Part shown: piece by piece, positions 22,642 to 33,442 of the stretch | Position numbering within the stretch: the first letter of the stretch is position 1 | Layout of the letters: each line of letters starts with the position of its first letter | Source of the DNA: Tubulanus polymorphus | Lineage: Eukaryota > Animalia > Nemertea | Length of the DNA stretch: 64,000 nt | Reading direction: 5' to 3' | Assembly (NCBI RefSeq): GCF_964204645.1 | Contig: NC_134026.1 | Location: 25,950,150-26,014,149 of the forward strand | Program-made: the position numbers and the translations under genes | Notes under the pieces: model-generated | The model's database searches: none | The model's input: the letters and a program-made list of their open reading frames with translations, nothing else | Told to the model about the DNA's origin: nothing

Positions 22642-25600
22642 GAACACCGATGAAGTTGCCGAGGTTCGAATCTCTTTTCACGTGTGTTCTCACTGTACGA
22701 GTCTATACATGCCGTTATGTTTAGTCCTTTCAAAACTGACATTTAAGTATAGACTACCTTGTTGTGTATTCCACGAACTTCTTCAAAGTAGCTGTGATTT
22801 TTTGTTTACGTCAATGACGACGCGCCGTCACAAGAGATGGGTGTGAAATATTAGCTTTTATATCTCTGTCGGCAGTTTTCATCTTATTATTGTAAACCCA
22901 ATATATACTACTATATCGTATAAGTCGTGCGTTAACCCTTTATCTATTCGTAAATCAATATCAATTTCACGACTATTTTGGTTTTTCACATTTGGACCAT
23001 TGTTTTTTTTCATTTTGAGTAACAACTTTTTTCGATTAGATCCATTGCGAAGTATATACTAAATTTCTAAATCTCCGTAGAAAGTAGTTCTTTTGGGTGA
23101 CTTAAACGCACAATGAATTAGTGTATAATTCGACCAAGGTGTACCTAGTTCTGCCGCAAGAAATTCATCATAATGCACTGAGAAAGTGGGATATATCATT
23201 TGAGAAAATGTATTGAAAGTTTTATGACTGTAAGGATGCATGTGATGCTTGTATTTAATGTTTATTATTCTGAACACTGCCATTATCATTAGAATATGTG
23301 TCATGTTGTGTGAGTTTTGTTTTTCTCGAAGACTCTCAAATCCCTTGGTTACTTCACTGGCTCCTGTGTCATACATTTTATTTAACTTTTCTACGAGCCT
23401 TATTTATTGTTTAACTGGGTCCATATTGTGTACGTAGCGATGTTGTATTGATGCCATTCCTTTGCTTTAGAGAATATTGTGATAAACGATTACTGTTTGT
23501 ACCGATGGCATTGATGTTAAACTGCAATTTAGAATATCATTCAATGGGCGTTTTAGTTAATTCCAGAGAAGTCCCTAGGACTTTTAATTATGTAGCTATT
23601 ATTGGTATTTGAAGCTAATAAAATCTGTCTGTGGACAAACCAAAATGTATAAATTACAATTCGTCCAAATTGTATCAAATAATCATAAACCGATATAGTT
23701 GAATTTCTAGAAAAATCCATGACACCGTCATTAATTTCATTCGTTGTACGAGACTCGATACATAATAGACGTGTGGCGTAATATTATTCGATTAAACGCT
23801 GTTAAGTGATTTACGGTTTCTTTATCTTAAACACATTTCTGAGAATCACTGATCAAAAGTTGAATGGCAGCGATATGAAGGTCCAAAGATTTTAGTTGTT
23901 GTCCAGGTCTGTTTAACTTCCACGCGTTCAACCATTCAAATTCGAAAGTACGGTAGTCCACGAAAAGCTGCTCCTTGCGGATAGATCGCAGTATCCGCAT
24001 TTGTATAGACAAATTGTTAAAGAGAGACAATTAAGAGCATGCATAAACACTTAAGCAGAATTGACAAAAATTGAAAAGATAAGAAAAAGGCAAAATGATT
24101 AATAAATCACGAATGAATATGATAGATTAGCAAAATAATTAATCATGTAAGCCCTTATATCCTTACTAATATTGACGCTTTTTCACCTCCTACATAATTC
24201 TTATATGACTAGTTTAACCTCTTTTGTATTCAATCTATTTTTTTCTTAATATCTATATATTTGATCTGGGGAAAATAGGAGGACGAACGACAGTAAAGGT
24301 TTGCTTTCTTAAAATCTGTGATGATGTATACGTAATGTATTTCTATTTATATGTGTTATTACAAGATATTTATTGTTAGCATTTTCATTTAACTAGTTTA
24401 AAGTGGCTATAAGATAGCCCTGAATATGTATGATGGAAGCTTATATGATAATATGCAACGTGCGTAAGAACCGTCAGATTTAACTGTAAAATTTCAGTTA
24501 TTACTGAGTGAAATGCTACTATGATGTAAGTGCAGAGAATGATGGAGTATATATGTGTATCCTAATAGATGTATACATAATGTTGAATTATTTGGCTACT
24601 TATGTGAGGATCGGAATAAATTATTTTGTGTTTACGTCATGTCTTTATTTTCATATGATCTCTAGCATTCAAGGGAAATAACTAGTCAACGAGTAGTCAA
24701 TGTCCAGGATTCAGCGTTCTGAAATGGAAATGGCATTGGAAACGGATTTATTGGAAATATTGATTGGCCAGATTAGGATTATTAGCAAATCATTTGGCCC
24801 GATTTTCGAGAATATGGTGCGATCAGCATACTATTACATTCTTTTTCTTCTGAACCCTAAGAAGTCGGCGATGCATGAATATTTCTTGAGATTTCTTGAA
24901 CTTAACAATAACTCGAGATATGAATCCAGGGTGATAATGTAGGCCTAGGCCATTTTCAATCTTCAAAAACTGACAAGCAACACTTGACACGTAGGTAAGC
25001 ATATGAATGTTTCCTTACTTCCGTAATTTTCGCACACGTCAGCGTTGTTTTCGCGATAACCAATTCTCAACGAAGATTTCGGATTTTACCCTTTACCTTG
25101 ATTCACCTGAAGTGATACTTAACCCTGGTCAAAGGTGTGAAATTAGTCACCCTGGCGTGAATGTGTTTTATGTGTTTTAAATACGCATGCACTGATTGTA
25201 AGATCTACCTGACACATCATCGACTAAATCATCATTATCTGTTGTTGAAGAAATTTTCTTTGGAGCTTAGTAATACAGTGCATACCCTTGCTACAAGGGT
25301 ATTAGAATAAAAATAAGTAACCTCGATATTTTTTTCTTGTTCGATTTCATTTCATACGATGTATCATGCGTTCGCATCTAGGGTAGTATGTATTGTAGAT
25401 AGTCAGTTTACCTGGTTGAGTTTGATTCGTTTTAAGACGGAAAAATTCATCTCCGCTTACGATATTAATCAAGTTTGTGGCCACTTGAATCAAAGGGATC
25501 TTCCTAAAATATGATCTATTCTCGAGGATAGATAACAGAATAATTAGTAGTGGGAAAACACTCGACACAATATATGAATTCAGCAAAATTATTTAGCAAT

Positions 25601-25646
25601 TCGTGAATATTCTTTATTCAATCGAATTAATACAAAGTTTGAATTT

Positions 25647-27105
25647 TCATCTACATTCGTAAAGCCTGCGAATCTTTTCAACATCGAGCGGGCTGATCTC
25701 AAAAGCCCCAGTCCACTTGACGCTACTATCTTTCGGGGTAATTGTGGGCTTGTCATTTTTGCTCCAGGTGTACATGTCATAATGCATCAAACTGTAATAA
25801 TCGTACTTTACACCCAACATGTCCGTATTTTGTTGTACATCGAAATTGTGTTCATGACCTTGAAATGAAATACATAAACTTAAATAACAAATATATTATG
25901 AGGAAATGGGAGCATTTTAAGTTTATATCTACATTTGTTTATTATAGTTATATATTACCTGTTTGTATATTGTCCCAATTAATAGTTATATATCTATCTC
26001 TATCGGGCCTCGACTGCTCGTGCCAGAAACCTTGAGGAAAACCAAAATCACACTTTTTACTGGTTTTTAATGGATGAAAATTGGCAGAGAATCGATACGA
26101 GATCGCGATGGGATTCATGGGAAACTACCTAGTGCGTGAAGTATTTCATGTTGAATCTTATCTTCAAGAATACAAGTCGGGTGTAAGGACACAAATTCAG
26201 CTCCTCCTGTCATACCAACCGGTGCCGAACATCTAAAACATGAATACTTTTTATAAACTTATATCATTATTCAAGCAATGTTGTGTTCTGTAAACCCATT
26301 CTCGTACCCATTTCCAGGAAAAATAACTAGAAAGTTTTTTTCACTACTCCACGACTTGAATTTGATACAATGACCATTTTTGTTTACCAATTTCTCCAAA
26401 TTCCGTAGAGCACTTTCGATATCCTTCATGTCAGCAGAATCTGAAAGACCAAATTGATTACCTTAGATTCGTTCCAATGAGAAGACACCGATTTGACCAA
26501 TAATTCTGTTCATACCCATCATTTCGTATTTGTATGGAACAGTACCACCTGGCCAAATCATCTGTATATCACCAATACCGTTCCTGAACTGATAGAAAAA
26601 AAAATACGTTATATATCTAATTTTCCATTTATTTTGTCCGATGTAACATCTTCAAACAATAAACAAACCAAACAATCATGCTTACAGGTGACATTTGAGA
26701 AAGGTCGATATCTCCCTGATACAAGTCTGAAATAGAACGCTAAACTATCGCAGCCTATTGAAAAATGTTTAACGCTTGCATTTAAAATTGTTAACTCTAA
26801 TTGAAACGACAAATTAAATCGAATTTTCGGAAGAAACGCCTGGTATGGTGATCAACTTACTTGTAGAAGCATGTTTCTGCTTGACATCAAGAACACTGTA
26901 TGCCTTCAAACGGATAAACACAAATACACAATTAACCGCAACATTCTTTTTTTTCATTCAAAATTCCGCTATTTGCAAAATTGACTCGAGAGCATTTTTG
27001 GAGTCAATGATCACCACTTCATCAATGTGGACCTATATTCGGTGTATTTACCTGAACAGTTTGGAATAAAAGAAGCCCGAAAACAAAATCAACCCTCATT
27101 CTCAT
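25647..27105 (-). CDS. Astacin-family (M12A) zinc metalloprotease, catalytic domain only, 243 aa, 8 exons
   Basis: Exons 27105-27052, 26903-26861, 26726-26686, 26588-26516, 26440-26308, 26232-26129, 26030-25959, 25858-25647 splice in frame to: signal peptide MRMRVDFVFGLLLFQTVQA, propeptide YQGDI, R|NGI...WPGGTVPY, CIKF, GCSAPVG, HEILHALGFWHEQSRPDRD, Met-turn YDYYSLMHY, DVEKIRRLYECR*. Confidence 0.95.
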
Positions 27106-27477
27106 ATCTGCGACAATCCCACTCTCAGGGCAATGAGATGTGAAACCATCGATATCGAAATATGAAGCGGATATTTGCTTTTTTATACATGTATGTACTA
27201 GATAAGCACGTATGAATTCAATCCAATTCAATTCGATATTTGAAAAAATGACGAATAAACAACACCTGCTTATCACCACTTCTAAAGAAACCTGAGTTCA
27301 GCTTCAGATTTGTTTTGTTTTCTACACAATAATCTTTACCAGTGTTCAAACAGTAATGGAAATGGAAAATTAAGTCTATTTTGTGCATTCATCACACAGT
27401 CGTCTCAATACCTGAATAGTCGGTGTAAGCAACGAAATGTGTCCATTGAAAAAGCAAAGACTTACGGATTCAGTATT

Positions 27478-27702
27478 TTAAGTCATTTTATTGTATTTAG
27501 GTATATACTGATCACATCTATAATCGTAATGATCGTCAGTGTTTTGACACCAGTATTTGCATTTTTCAACGTCAAAGCCTTCGAAATCTTTACAGCGATC
27601 GCAGCCCCATTTTTCACACTTCGCTATGTACTCCGGTGTCCCTCTTCTCGCCAAGGCAACGCCGGCCATCATCATGCACAAGAGAAGTAATACAAGTTTC
27701 AT
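27478..27702 (-). CDS. Small secreted 6-Cys peptide precursor (74 aa), toxin/defence-peptide-like
   Basis: MKLVLLLLCMMMAGVALA signal, then RRGTPEYIAKCEKWGCDRCKDFEGFDVEKCKYWCQNTDDHYDYRCDQYIPKYNKMT; candidate 5'-UTR intron 27795-27718 (GTAACT...TTTTCAG); TATATAAA at ~27854-27861 on the minus strand. Confidence 0.8.
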   Translation of the reverse strand: MKLVLLLLCMMMAGVALARRGTPEYIAKCEKWGCDRCKDFEGFDVEKCKYWCQNTDDHYDYRCDQYIPKYNKMT

Positions 27703-29161
27703 GTTCGTAAATAACGTCTGAAAATAACGCATACAATAAACAACATAATATATTTCAAAGGCTCACAACGGCTATAGTGAAATACGAACAGTTACTGTAA
27801 ACTTGCTTTCTTCACCACGAGATTGCTTTTGACAAAGTGTCAATACTCTTTGATTTATATACTCTTCCCTTGAATTTTATCTGACATAAACATGATATGA
27901 AGTGACATTCATTACACAATTATTTTCTATTTGCCACCTGCCCATATCTCCCGACATATTTTCATTTCGAAAATTTACAGCAACAATCCAAGCGTTTTAG
28001 TTTCATTATTCCGGTATCTATTGTGATTTTTTTTATTTGTCATTACGTTAAACAATAATTGTTAGCTTAGCTTAATTCAATCGTTCTTAAAAGGAGACTG
28101 GAAAATGAACATATGGCACATTTGAATAATTTGCTATCTATAATTTTTCAACATCAAAAATACAGACATATTCTTTTAACTGATATCAATACATGTGGTA
28201 TTTTCACAATTACTTTCCACGTGTATGCCCCAACAATTTTAACTTCCAGTTTTTTTACCCATTTTGAAGAGATTGATTTATACCTTGAATCTAGAATTGG
28301 TAAATGTACCGACGAATGGACCATATTGTAATCAAAGATATTTTCAGCAAGCAAATGTTGATTGTTTTATGCCAATGTGCCTAGCCCTCCAAGTTAAGTA
28401 AAATTATGTAGTTTCGTTTACTATATAGATTCGAGCATAACTTACCATGAGCTGGTTAATACTTTTCCGAATAATACCTTAAAACATCTGTGAAAGCAGG
28501 GGGTCTCCCCGGTGAAAGGAATGTTTGAAATGATATAGCTTGGTGTAAGATGTTATTTTATACTGTTATAGGAAAAACAAGTCGTTTAACGAATTTTTTC
28601 TCGCAGAACTTTTTGCGGTGAAGTGTGCCATGTGAAATAATTCAGAAAGTAGTTTATACAATCTCTGTTTAAATAAACGCTGATTTCAGTCAGAAATCGG
28701 CATATGGATTTTTTGTTCTTGTTCACATCGTATTATTTCTAATAACATCCTATGTTTTCTGTCCAGATTTGAATATTCATGGCTAAGATATAATGCGCAT
28801 AAATGAAAATTCTAACATGGTTTATAGATATGGTGTGTTCCGTTACTTAAGATATATTTGAGTTGTTAGATTTCAAATCATTAAACGTTGTATAAGAGAT
28901 AAGATATGAGAGGGATTAAAAAAGAACCATTAAGTTAATGGATCTTATTATATAAATACGATATTCACCGTTAAATGAAGTTAACATTGACGATTATTTT
29001 GGTAAGCACAAAACTATTACATCTCGGAGGTAAGTATTGTATACCCCTATCCTATGGTTCAGTTTGTTTTTCAATTGTTTACCTTCAAATTCGATAAATA
29101 CTGCGGCATTACTGAATATTCGCTTAATCGTATAATAGTTGTTTTACATAATTGTTTTCAG

Positions 29162-29365
29162 ATGAAACTGCTCGTTCTTGTAATTCTTGTTGTTGGTCTG
29201 GCACAAGTGTCAGCTTACGTCGTTTCGTCGAAGTATATAATCCAATACGTATCAGATTGCGTAAACAAATTCGGATCGACGACATACAAAACCTCAGTTT
29301 ATACCGCGTGCATGAATGCCGCCATCAAAAAATATCCAGGGACATTTGGACATCACTCATATTAG
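29162..29365 (+). CDS. Small secreted 2-Cys peptide precursor (67 aa)
   Basis: MKLLVLVILVVGLAQVSA signal, then YVVSSKYIIQYVSDCVNKFGSTTYKTSVYTACMNAAIKKYPGTFGHHSY; the ATG directly follows acceptor TTTTCAG; donor GTAAGT at 29030; TATATAAATA at ~28949. Confidence 0.78.
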   Translation: MKLLVLVILVVGLAQVSAYVVSSKYIIQYVSDCVNKFGSTTYKTSVYTACMNAAIKKYPGTFGHHSY

Positions 29366-30144
29366 AACTGAATATAAATAGACACATGAATTGGATTCAC
29401 TTACTGTGTTTGTATGATTCTATCCGATGAGTTTGGGTGTAAGTGTTGATATAACATATATAAGCTAAAAATGCTGTACCATTACAGTAAGGTATTTTAT
29501 TTGTCGGTTTTGAATTTCATGGGTAAGATGAATAATATGATGTATATATACTGGGGCTATGGACTCGTACGGACTCTCTCATCGATTCTTCGTCGGCGGT
29601 CAACAATCCGTACTTTTAAAGACATCCAAAAGAAATTCGCAACATCACCGTCAAAATACCACGTTCGTGAATTACACAGCCATTATTTTTCAAAAATAAG
29701 TGGTATAACGAACACATTTTTTCAGTATTGAAGTGAGCCACGGGATAATTCCGAAACTAGTTTAAACAGCTTCACTGATTAGATATACTTACTGATCCTG
29801 ACTGGAATCAGTGACTGTATTAGACCTAGAATTACCTAATCAATTTCACAGTGGCTCCACTTATGGGCTTATCTTTTAATCAGTATCTCCATGGTCACTT
29901 TTTTAAAAATCGTGAATTTTACCCTGAACAAAAACTAGACACAATAAAACCATTAGAAACATTTGAAGAACCATTGTATACAGTAATGCAAAAGTACAAT
30001 TAATGCCAAAGAGATTTACGTAGGTAATTTATTTTTACCCAAGATTTATATTGCGAAGTCAGTTGGCCGTGATCTCGAAATAGAATGAGAATCAAACGGA
30101 ATTAAGTCAATTATTCCACGAAATGATGATAAATCGCTAATAAG

Positions 30145-31233
30145 TCACTGTTCAATATTTGGCGCATCTTCATCAAATGTAACTCGTATCATAGTCGGTT
30201 TATTTTCGATTGTGTTTCGAGTATCGAAAAAACTCGGCGTGTCTTTTGGAATAAGTTTCGGAGTGCTCGGCCTTCGCGACAACAATTTTGTAGTGTTCAT
30301 CGTAGATCCGATCGACGATTCGAATTTTATCCTTTCCTGTAACCAAGAGATAACTCTCATTTTTCGTTCTCTGCGCTCAGCGCTGTGAGACTGTACATTA
30401 TATTCATTATCAATACCAGAAGGAAGTTGATCCGTACTAAAGCCAATGACTCGAGGTGATAATAACGACGTATGCGTTTCTAAGTTTTGAATAGTTAATG
30501 GTGCTGGTTCTTCGTCTTTGAACAGCGGTATTTTTACCTCCATTTCATCTTTAAAGACACTATCGCGGTAATCGATGTCTTTGAATTTTACTTTCTTCTG
30601 TAATTCGGGCGCTGATGGGAGCTGAAAACGATTGTGTCGTTTGGTAATGTTCAAGACTTCCGGTGAAGCGCTAGTTTGTCGTGATGTTAATATTGAGACT
30701 TTATTTGTCTTTTTAATGTTACACGTGTTTGAGTCCACCTCACGAAGCAAACTGATCCTTTTTTGCGATCCGTCAGAATGTCTGGTTTTAAGATTGATAG
30801 ATTTTGTGGGAGTCGGTGACTCGAAAGCTCTTTGTTGGCGCACATGGGCACTTATACATCTATAAAGTGTCTCAATGTTATCCTTTTTCTGTTCTTCGCT
30901 TTCCTCTTGTTCCGTAACGTTATCCAGCTCAGTAGATGGTTGATAAAGTCGCGTTACACCAGGCGACGAGGTTCGCGGCCGATCCAATGAATTTACACGT
31001 GATACGAATGAAGCACTTGTCATCGGCCGGCGAATGTTATTGCCGCTATTGACGCTCGGTAATGCGGGGCCTTTGCGAGTAAGACTTGAGCCCGTACGCA
31101 ATAAGCTGTTATTCCTCATCGAATTAAACTGAGCGACGGATGTTGAGGTAGGCAGTCGACGATGTAACTCCAACCCTGATCCTTCTTTAATTTGCACGAT
31201 AGTTACCATATTTTCCCGCGGTTTAGTGGTCAT
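30145..31233 (-). CDS. Uncharacterised single-coding-exon protein (~362 aa, Ser/Arg/Thr-rich)
   Basis: Long stop-free ORF in AT-rich DNA; first in-frame ATG at 31233; candidate acceptor near 31357 upstream; no recognisable domain. Confidence 0.7.
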   Translation of the reverse strand: MTTKPRENMVTIVQIKEGSGLELHRRLPTSTSVAQFNSMRNNSLLRTGSSLTRKGPALPSVNSGNNIRRPMTSASFVSRVNSLDRPRTSSPGVTRLYQPSTELDNVTEQEESEEQKKDNIETLYRCISAHVRQQRAFESPTPTKSINLKTRHSDGSQKRISLLREVDSNTCNIKKTNKVSILTSRQTSASPEVLNITKRHNRFQLPSAPELQKKVKFKDIDYRDSVFKDEMEVKIPLFKDEEPAPLTIQNLETHTSLLSPRVIGFSTDQLPSGIDNEYNVQSHSAERRERKMRVISWLQERIKFESSIGSTMNTTKLLSRRPSTPKLIPKDTPSFFDTRNTIENKPTMIRVTFDEDAPNIEQ

Positions 31234-32299
31234 TAAGCCAAACAACGCTGGAGCCACCTTTTCGTGGTGCTCGTCTCGGTTCGCCACGACGTTGCATGTG
31301 TAATACCTGTTCTACTGACACCGATGTTGTTTTTTAAACGTCGCCTAAGTGAAAAGCCTGAAAGGAACAAGATCGTTCATTATTCATATACCAATAAGAG
31401 TCGTTTCAGCTATCTACAATGTCGTCGTGTGCGTACCTACTATTATAATAAACAATTCGATTTAACTTTCCAATCGAATTTCTGAAGCCCCAATTCCCTA
31501 TTGACGGGTTTTTCTTCTACATATTCCTAATATCCAATAGATTTGTATGCGTGAAGCTTGAAAAATAGGTCAATCTTTTCGAAGTACAAATACATTCGAA
31601 AATCTTGTTTTACGTAGGTAGGTATACTATTGATAACACGATTGGCGACGGCATCATATTACTCCTTTTATTTAATTTCTTGTCTTGTTTTCACTAATTC
31701 TACGTTAAACAGAAATATATGTCGGCATCATACGCTAAGACTTCTAAACAAGAAATATACCTCTCCAATACTCACATCCAGCGTTTTGAAGTTCAATTAA
31801 ATGTCGAATTTCTAATCTCTGATTGCAGTAATCGCTTACTAATTGTCGCACAGTCACCACCTCTTTCTTTGCCCGTCGGTAAAACCAACTGTCGTGGAAT
31901 ATTCTCCGTGTAGCCTATACTGGTTATGAAACCATTGATACCGGGTTAACTCGCCGTTTTATTTATCATTGTCGTAACCAACACAACGTTACCGGAATGC
32001 AATCAAGGGCTACGCCATCAGCACGCCGAGTTAGCGATGCTGATCAATCAATGCATGGAAATGATTCAGCATGATTTCTAGAGCTAGTCAATAAAAGTCA
32101 TCTAATGAAGTATAATGTTACACGGTTTGTCGATCAGATGCATTGCCATGAACTCCACATTAACTCAATTGATTTATGTTTAATGTCACAAATTTATTTT
32201 GAAAAACTCATTTTCACAAAGTTCTTATGAATAGTTCACCAGAAGACAAATGATGATTTATGAATTTGCAATTTGTATTGAGGTATCGGTAAAGAGTTA

Positions 32300-33442
32300 T
32301 CAACTATTACGCACGTCGACCAACCAGTTAAATATTCGCAGATTACGTTCTGTGGCAGTTTCAGTCGTTTCCAGCTGGACGAGGCTATCTTGACACAAAT
32401 AACTATACTTTTTCTGCCCCATATGTCTGAGAATATCATCTTGTAGAACCTGGCCTAATTCCGGTAATATCTTTAGTTTGTGCGACATCATCGGCCCACG
32501 GTTCCTTTCGGGGTAATAGACATCGATGGAATCACCGTAACCGGTGATATTTTTTAGTGATTCGAGTGTTTTGTTGGCTTCGCGCCTTTTTCGGTATTCC
32601 GCTGATACAGACTGACCATTTTTGTTTATTGCACCAGGATGATAATATGTAACGTTCTCAGTTCGGTTTAGTTTCGAAGGTGTTAGAACAGTTCCATCAC
32701 TTGAAATCAGTTTTGCCGACTTCGGTCGATCATTATCAACCCAATTAGTATCGGCATCAGCTGTTAGTGCATATACATCTGGGATACTAGCTGATCTAAT
32801 ACTATTTACCTTTGGGATACTTTTGGAACACTTGAACAATAGGTGGCGTTCCTCCCAATCTATTCCCTCAATTTTTTCCCTTCGCAAAAGACCGGAAATC
32901 GTTTGTATCTGCGGTGCCCCTGCACCGAGACGAAAGATTCCAGATCGTTGCTTCATCAGTTCCTTCCACCTCCCCTCGCTGGCTTTGTTTCTTGCTTTAT
33001 CAAACCCATGTGTTTCGACGAGGTTTTCACTGATAGCTGATACAGTTAACAACGACAAAGCTGTTTCAATCGATTCTTCACTTGACCAATGTTTCAGCAA
33101 CGCATCATCAGGTTCAATTCTGGCAGTAAAGTACGGGATTTCATCTTCCTCGTCATTTTCATCATCAGAATCCGAGAATTGTCGATCACGTTCGACTTCC
33201 TCTACAACATTACCTTTCTCGCGTGCTGATTTCTGAAGTTTGGTTTTTACCCTACCACTATACGCATTACGAGACGAAACCTCCTTTCGTCTTCGAATAC
33301 GCATTGAACGCGCTGTTCGCGGCGAAATCAACACTTTCTTGACAAGATTTGATGCATTCGCAAACGATACACATCTCCCTACACCACCATTCATATTCAA
33401 CAGTCCCTTCGGTTGTAGGGTTCCGAGACCTAGTTTCGCCAT
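32300..33442 (-). CDS. Uncharacterised single-coding-exon protein (~380 aa)
   Basis: Long stop-free ORF; first ATG at 33442; basic N-terminus, acidic patch SDSDDENDEEDE, C-terminus ERNLRIFNWLVDVRNS; no recognisable domain. Confidence 0.72.
   Translation of the reverse strand: MAKLGLGTLQPKGLLNMNGGVGRCVSFANASNLVKKVLISPRTARSMRIRRRKEVSSRNAYSGRVKTKLQKSAREKGNVVEEVERDRQFSDSDDENDEEDEIPYFTARIEPDDALLKHWSSEESIETALSLLTVSAISENLVETHGFDKARNKASEGRWKELMKQRSGIFRLGAGAPQIQTISGLLRREKIEGIDWEERHLLFKCSKSIPKVNSIRSASIPDVYALTADADTNWVDNDRPKSAKLISSDGTVLTPSKLNRTENVTYYHPGAINKNGQSVSAEYRKRREANKTLESLKNITGYGDSIDVYYPERNRGPMMSHKLKILPELGQVLQDDILRHMGQKKYSYLCQDSLVQLETTETATERNLRIFNWLVDVRNS

Noticed and set aside
25589-26035. ORF-track peptides 25589-25780 (-) and Cys/His-rich 25742-26035 (+)
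   Set aside because: Alternative-frame and antisense readings of the last astacin exons.
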